NCBI GenBank assembly: GCA_009914755.4
Contig: CP068257.2
Coordinates: 10,368,001 to 10,432,000 of the forward strand
DNA: 64,000 nt
Origin: the human T2T-CHM13v2.0 reference genome, Homo sapiens
Reading direction: 5' to 3'
A program made the translations under genes and the position numbers. Below, piece after piece: positions 57,395 through 64,000 of the stretch. The notes beneath the pieces are model-generated. The model made no database searches and was not told the origin of the DNA. It was given only the letters and a program-made list of their open reading frames with translations. Each line of letters starts with the position of its first letter. Position 1 is the stretch's first letter.

Positions 57395-57540
57395 GGAATC
57401 CAATGGAATGGAATCGAATGGCATTGAATGGAATGGAACACAATCGCATGGAATGGAATCCAATGGAAAGGAATCGAATGGCATTGAATGGAATGGAACA
57501 CAATCGCATGGAATGGAATCCAATGGAATGGAATCGAATG
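57395..57540 (+). repeat. Near-perfect 60-bp tandem duplication (~2.3 copies) within HSat3
   Basis: 57421-57480 (GCATTGAATGGAATGGAACACAATCGCATGGAATGGAATCCAATGGAAAGGAATCGAATG) and 57481-57540 are identical except for one base at 57,468 (A/T). A partial copy precedes them at ~57,395-57,420. The duplication is echoed in the ORF track, where ...MEHNRMEWNPME(R/W)NRM... repeats. Confidence 0.9.
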
Positions 57541-60500
57541 GAATGGAATCAAATGGCATCGAATGGATTCAAATGGAATGCGGTGAAGTGGAGTGGATTG
57601 GTTTGGAATGCATTGGAATGGAATGGGGTGGAATGGAATTGAATGCAGTGGAGTGAGTTCAGTAGAATGTAGTAAAATTGAATGGAATGGGAAGGAATGG
57701 AATTGAACAGAGTGCACTGGAGTGGAGTGGAGAGGAATGCAATGGAATAGGGTGGAGTGGAGTGGAGTGGAGTGGAGTGGAGAGGAGAGAAATGGTGTTG
57801 AGTGGAATGGAATGGACTCAAGTGGAGTGGAGTGCAGTTGAGTGGATACGAGATGAGCAGAATGGAGAGGAATGGAAAGGAATGTAACGGATTGGAGTGG
57901 AGTGGAGTGGGGTGGAATTGAATTGAGTGGAGTGGAGTGGAAAGGAGTAGAATGGAGTGGAATGGAAAGGAGAGGAGGGGAGTGGTATGGAGTGGAGTGG
58001 AATGAAATGGAATGGAGTGGAATGGAATGCAATGTAAAGGAATGGAGTGCAATGGAATGGACGAGAATGGAATGGACTCAAATGGAATGGAGTGGAATGG
58101 AGTGGGCGCGAATGCAATGAACTCCAATGGAATGCACTGGAACAGAATGGACTCGAATAAATTGGAATGGAATGGAATTGAATCAAAAGGAATGGAATCG
58201 AATGCCATGGAATTGAATGGAATGGAATTGAAGGGAATGAAATCAAATAGCATCGAATGGAATTGAATGGAATGTGATGATGTGGAGTGGAGTGCAGTGG
58301 ATTGGAGTGGAATGGAATGGGGTGCAACAGAAATGAATGGAGTGGTGGGTAGTGGAATGGAACGGAGTGGAATGAAAGAGAATGGCAAGGAATGGAATCG
58401 AACACAGTGGAGTGGAGTGGAGAGGAGGGGACTGGTGTGGAATGCAATGGAACGGAGTGGAGTGGAGTGGAGTGGATTTGAGTGGAAAGGAGTGGAGTGG
58501 ACTGAAATGGAATGGAATGAACAGGAACGAAATGGACTCAAAAGGAATTGATTCAAATGGAATGGAATCGAGTGGAATGGAATGGAATGGAATGGAATGG
58601 AGTGGAATAAATGGAGTGGGATCGAATGGACAGGACTGGAATGGAATGGACACCAATGGATTGGAATGGAATGGACCCAAAAGTAATAGAATGGAATGGA
58701 ATGGACTCAAATGGAATGGAAAGGAATTGAATGGAATGGACTCGAATGGAATGGAATGGAATGGACTCGAATGGATTGGAATGCAATGTACTCGAAAGGA
58801 ATAGAAAAGACTCGAATGGAATGGAATGGACTGGAACCGAACGGAATGGACTGTAATGGAATGGAATGGAATTGATTGGATTTGAATAGAATAGAATGGA
58901 ATGGAATGGACTCCAATGGAGTGGAATTGAATGGACTAAAATGGAATGGAATGAACTTGAATGGAAAGGAATGCAATTTAATGGAATGGATTCTAATGGA
59001 TTGGAGTCCAGTGGAATGGAATGGAATGGAATCTAATGGAATAGAATGGAATGTACTCGAATGGAAAGGAATGCTATGGAATGGACTCGAATGGAATGGA
59101 ATGGAATGGGCTCGAATGGAATGGAATGGAATTGAATGGTCTCGAAAGGGATGGAATGGAATGCAAAGGAATGGAATCGAATGGAATGGAATGGATTTGA
59201 CTCGAATGGAATTGAATGGTATGGACCTGAAAGGAAAGGAATGGAATGGAATGGAATGTACTCGAGTAGTATGGAATGGAAAGGTATAGACTCGAATGGA
59301 ATGGTATTGAATGGAATGGACTCGAATGGAATGGAATGGAACGGAATGGATTCGAATGGAATGGTTTGGAATGGAATAGACACGAATGAAATGGAATGGA
59401 ATGGACTCAAATGGAACAGAATGGAATGGAATGGAGTGGACTCCAATGGAATGGATTGGATTCGAGTGGAATGCAATTGAATGGAATGAACTCAAATGGA
59501 ATATAATGGAATCGAATGGACTCGAATGGAATGGAAAAGAATGGACTCGAATTGAATAGAATGCAATGGACTCGAATGGAATGGAGAAGAATGGAATGGA
59601 CTCGTATGGAATGGAGTGGCATGGACTCGAATGGAATGGAATTTAATTGAATGGACTCGAAAGGAATGGAATGAAATCTACCCGAATGAAATGTAATAGA
59701 ATCAAAAGCACTCGAAAGAAATGTAATGGAAAGGAATGGACTCAATGGATAGGAATGGAGTGGAATGGAATGGAATGGAATGCACTCGAACGGAACGGAA
59801 TGGAATGGAATGGAATTGACTCGAATGGAATATAAAGGAATGGACTCGAATAGAATGGAATGGAATGGAATGGACTCGAATAGAATGGAATGGAATGGAA
59901 TGGACTCGAATGTAATGTAGTGGAAAGGACTCGAATGGAATGGAAAGGAATTTAGTGGACTCGAATCGAATGGAATATAATGTTATGGAATGGACTCGTA
60001 TGGAATGGAATGGAATGGGCTCGAATGGAATGGAATGGAATGGAATGGTCTCGAAAGGGATGGAATGGAATGGACCCGAATGGAGTGGAATGGAATAGAA
60101 TGGAATTGAATGAAATGGAATGGAATTGAATGGAATGGAATGGAATGCTATGGATTGGAATGGACATGAATGGAATAGAGTGGGATGGAATGGAAGGAAT
60201 TCAAAAGGAATGGAATGGAATGGAATCCAATGGAATGGAAAGGCCAGGAATCAAATGGAATGGAATGGAATGGACTCGAGTGGAATAAATTGGAATTTAA
60301 TGGAATTGACTCCAATGGAATGCAATGGAATGGTCTTGAATGCAATAGAATGGAACGGAATGGATTCGAATGAAATGCAATGGAATGGACTTGAATGGAA
60401 TGAAATGGACACGAATGGAATGGATTGGAATGCAATGAACTCGAATGCAATAAAATGGAATTTTAATGGAATGGACACTAATAGAATGGAATGGAATGGA

Positions 60501-63500
60501 CTTGAATGGAATAGACTCGAATGGAATGGAATGAAATGGACTAGAATGGAATGGAATGGAATGGACTCGAAAGGAGTTGGATGGAATACAATGGAATGGA
60601 ATCCAACAGAATGGAATGGAATGGACTTGAATGGAATGGAATGCAATGGAATGGACTCGAAGGAATGGAATGGATTTGACTCGAATGGAATTGAAGGGAA
60701 TGGACCCGAATGGAATGGAGTTGAATTGAATGCAATGGAATGGATTGGGCTCAAATGGAATGGAATGGAATGGAATGGAAAATAATGGAATGGAATAGAA
60801 TGGGCTTGATTGGAATGGGATTGAATGGAATGGACTCGAATGGAATGGTATGGAGTGGACTCAAATGGAATAGCATGGAATGGAATGGACTTGAATAAAA
60901 TGGAATGGAATGGAATCGAATGGAATGGAATTGGCTTGAACGGAATGGAGTAGAATGGACTCATATGAAATGGAATGGCATTGAATGGACTTGAATGGAA
61001 TTTAATGTAATGGAGTGGAATGAACTCCAATGGAATGGAATGTAATTGAATGAAATGTACTCGAATGGAATGGAATGGAATGGACTTGAAAAGTATGGAG
61101 TGGAACGGAATGGAATGGGATGGATTGGAATGGAATGGAATGCAATGGAATGGAAAGAAATGGAATGCAGTTGAATTGAGCTGACCCGAAAGGAATGGAC
61201 TGGAATGGAATGGAATGCAATGAAATGCAGTGGTCTCAAATGGAATAGAACAGAACGGACTCTAATGGAATGGAATGGAATGGAGTCGAATGGAATGGAA
61301 TGGAATTGAATGGACTCGAATGGAAAGGAATGTAATGGAATGAAGTGGACCTGAATGGAATGGAATGGAATGGAATGGAATGAAATGGACTCGAATAGAA
61401 TGGAATGTAAAGGAATGAATTCGAATGGATTTGAAGGGAATTCAATTGAATTGAATGGATTCAAAAGGATTGGAATGGAATGTACTCGAATGGAATGGAA
61501 TGGAATGGACTCCAATTGGAAGGAATCCCCTTGAAGGGAGTGGAATGGAATGGAATCAACTCGAGTGGAATGGAATATGGAATGGAGTAGAGTGGAATGG
61601 AATATGGAATGGAAAGGAATGGACTCGAGTGGAATGGACTGGAAAGGAATGGACTCGAATGGAATGGACCCGAAAGGAATGGAATGGAATGGATTGGACT
61701 CGAATGGAATGGAATGGAATGGAATGGAATGGAATGGAATGGAATGTACTCGAATGGAATGGAATGGATTGGACTCATATCGAATGAAATGCAATGGATT
61801 CAAATGGAGTGGAAAAGACTCGAATGGAATGGAATGCACTGGAACCTAATGGAATGGAATGGAGTGGACTGTAATAGAATAGAATGAACTGGAATGGAAT
61901 GGAATGGATTTGAATGGAATGGAATGGACTCAAATGGAAAGGAATGCCGTCGAATGGAATGGAATGGAATGGAATCAACTGGAGTGCAATGGAATATGAA
62001 ACGGAATGTAATGGACTCAAGTGGAATGGGCTGGAAAGGGATGGACTCGAATGGAATGGAATGGAATGGAATGGACTTGAAAGGAATGGAATGGAATTGA
62101 ATGGAATGGAAAGGAATGGAATGGAATAGACTAAAATGGAATGGAAATGAATGCAATGGAATAGACTAAAATGGAATGGAATGGAATGGACTCAAATGGA
62201 ATGGAAGGCAATGGAAGTGAATGGAATGGAAAAGACTCGAATGGAATGGAACAGACAGGACCCGAATGAAATGGAATGGACTGTAATGGAATGGAATGGA
62301 CTTGAATGGAACAGAATGGAATGGAATGGACTCAAATGGAATGGAATTGAATGTACTCGTATGGAATGGAATGGACTCAAATGGAATGGAATGGAGTTTA
62401 ATGAAATGGATTCTAATGGAATGGAGTCCAATGGAATGGAATGGAAAGGAATGGAATCGAATGGAATAGAATGGAATGTACTCGACTGGACTGGAATGCA
62501 ATGGAATGCACTCAAATGGAATGGAATGGAATGGGCTCGAATGGAATGGAATGGAATTGAATGGTCTCGAAAGGGATGGAATGGAATGCAATGGAGTGGA
62601 ATCGAATGGAATGGAATGGATTTGACTCGAATAGAATTGAAGGGTGTGGACCCAAATGGAATGGAATGGAATGGAATGTACTCGAGTAGTACGGAATGAA
62701 AAGGTATGGACTCGAAAGGAATGGAATTGAATAGAATGGACTCGAATGGAATGGAATAGAAGGGAATGGAATGGAATGGATTCAAATGGAATGTATTGGT
62801 TTGGAATAGACACGAATGAAATGGAATGGAATGGACCCAAATGGAATAGAATGGAATGGATGGAATGGACTATAATGGAATGGATTGGACTCGAATGGAA
62901 TGCAATTGAAAGGGATGGACTTGAAGGGAATATAATGAAATGGAATGGACTCGAATGGAATGGAAATGCGTGGACTCAAATGGAATAGCATGCAGTGGAC
63001 ACGAATGGAATGCAGTGGAATGGAATGGACTCGTATGGAATAGAGTGGCATGGACTCGAATGGAATGGAATTTAATTGAATGGACTCAAAAGGAATGGAA
63101 TGGAGGGACTTGAATGGAATGTAACAGAATGAAAAGGGCTCCAATGTAATATAATGGAAAGGAATGGACTCGATGGAGAAGAATAGAGTGGAATGGAATG
63201 CAATCGAATGGAATGAAATGGAATTGAATCGAATGGAATAGAAAGTAATGGACACGAATAGAAAGGAATGAAATGGAAGGGACTTGAATGCAATGCAGTG
63301 GAGTGGACTCGAAAGGAATGGAAAGGAATTTAATGTACTTGAATCGAATGGAATATAATGTTATGGAATGGAATGCCATGGACCTGAATGGAATAGAATG
63401 GAATGGAAAGGAATGGACTAGAATGGAATAGAATGAATGGACTCGAATAGAAAGGAATGAAATCGAATGGACTCGAATGCAATGGAGTGGAGTGGACTAG

Positions 63501-64000
63501 AATGGAATGGAAAGGAATTTAATGTACTCGAATCGAATGGTATGTAATGTTATGGAATGTACTCGTATGTAATGGAAAGAAATGGACCTGAATGGAATGG
63601 AATGGAATGGAAAGGCATGGACTCGAATGGAATGGAATGAAGTGGAGCCGAATGGCGTGGAATGGAATGGAATGCACTCGAATGGAATAAAAGGGAATGG
63701 ACACAAATGGAATGGTATGGAATGCAATGGAATGCAATGCAATGAAATGATATGGATTGGAATGGACAACAATGGAATAGAATGGGATGGAATGGAATCA
63801 CTTCAAAAGGAATGGAATGGAATAGACTCCAACGGAATGGAAAGGCCAGGAATTGAATGGAATGGAATGGAACGGACTCGAATGTAACAGAATGGAATTT
63901 AAAGTAATGGACTCCAATGGACTGCAATGGAATGATCTCGAATGGAATAGAATGGAATGGAATGGACTCAAATGGAATGGAATGGAATGGACTCTAATGG

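Larger units (their letters stand above)
19681..64000 (+). repeat. Classical pentameric satellite (GGAAT)n = (ATTCC)n, HSat3-type (human satellite III-like); the array runs off the end of the window
   Basis: The sequence is an essentially uninterrupted 5-bp periodicity of GGAAT and its variants (GGAGT, GGACT, CGAAT, GCAAT, GTAAT, GGAAC, CAAAT). Typical strings include GGAATGGAATGGAATGGACTCGAATGGAATGGAATCGAATGG and GTGGAGTGGAGTGGAATGGAGTGG. The purine-rich strand is on + throughout, and I saw no strand switch. HSat2-type GATGAT/ATTCGATTCCATTCG 23/26-mers are not prominent. Simple GGAAT with GGACTCGAATGG-type variants is more HSat3-like. Confidence 0.93.

Noticed and set aside
19681-64000. Dozens of long ORFs on both strands across the satellite, for example 27787-29523 (-, 578 aa), 41546-43105 (-, 519 aa), 23142-24611 (-, 489 aa), 22132-23541 (-, 469 aa) and 60120-60785 (+, 221 aa).
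   Set aside because: They are artefacts of a stop-codon-free 5-bp repeat. GGAATGGAATGG translates as MEWNG/NGMEW/EWNGM on + and as IPFHS/FHSIP/HSIPF on -. The resulting 'proteins' are extreme low-complexity periodic strings. They overlap one another in several frames on both strands, and they have no start or RBS context, which would be irrelevant here anyway since this is eukaryotic heterochromatin. No coding claim is supportable.
19681-64000. Assigning the array to a specific chromosome (for example 9q12, Yq12 DYZ1, 15p D15Z1 or the acrocentric short arms) or to a named HSat3 subfamily.
   Set aside because: This cannot be done reliably by eye. It requires subfamily-specific k-mers or alignment to T2T-CHM13. 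I therefore leave it as generic HSat3-type.

Overview
This window is primate, almost certainly human or great-ape, pericentromeric heterochromatin. It is not an accessory region of a microbial genome, and I find no cellular protein-coding or RNA genes in it. It has three layers. (1) Positions 1-12,742 and 18,775-19,680 are alpha satellite made of ~171-bp monomers. The canonical CENP-B box is absent. The strand orientation switches at ~2,598 through a near-palindromic junction, the monomer subtype changes at ~9.5 kb, and there is a local ~680-bp (4-monomer) periodicity. (2) Positions 12,743-18,774 are one full-length (~6.03 kb) L1PA-type LINE-1 on the minus strand, inserted into an alpha monomer. 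It has a poly(A) tail, a ~12-bp target-site duplication and an intact 5'UTR start. Its ORF1 and ORF2 are both killed by nonsense and frameshift mutations. (3) Positions 19,681-64,000 are more than 44 kb of classical (GGAAT)n pentameric satellite of HSat3 type, with GGAAT on the + strand in a single orientation throughout. Sub-blocks alternate between GGAGT-rich and CGAAT/GGACT-rich composition, a higher-order structure recurs irregularly at ~1.15 kb and ~4.7 kb, and there are several near-perfect local tandem duplications of 55, 60 and ~375 bp. Every ORF in the six-frame track outside the L1 is an artefact of stop-codon-free satellite periodicity, giving MEWNG/IPFHS-type low-complexity translations on both strands. 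The findings below are structural observations about satellite architecture and the L1 insertion. The sequence gives no support for a novel biological system such as a defence island, operon or CRISPR array.
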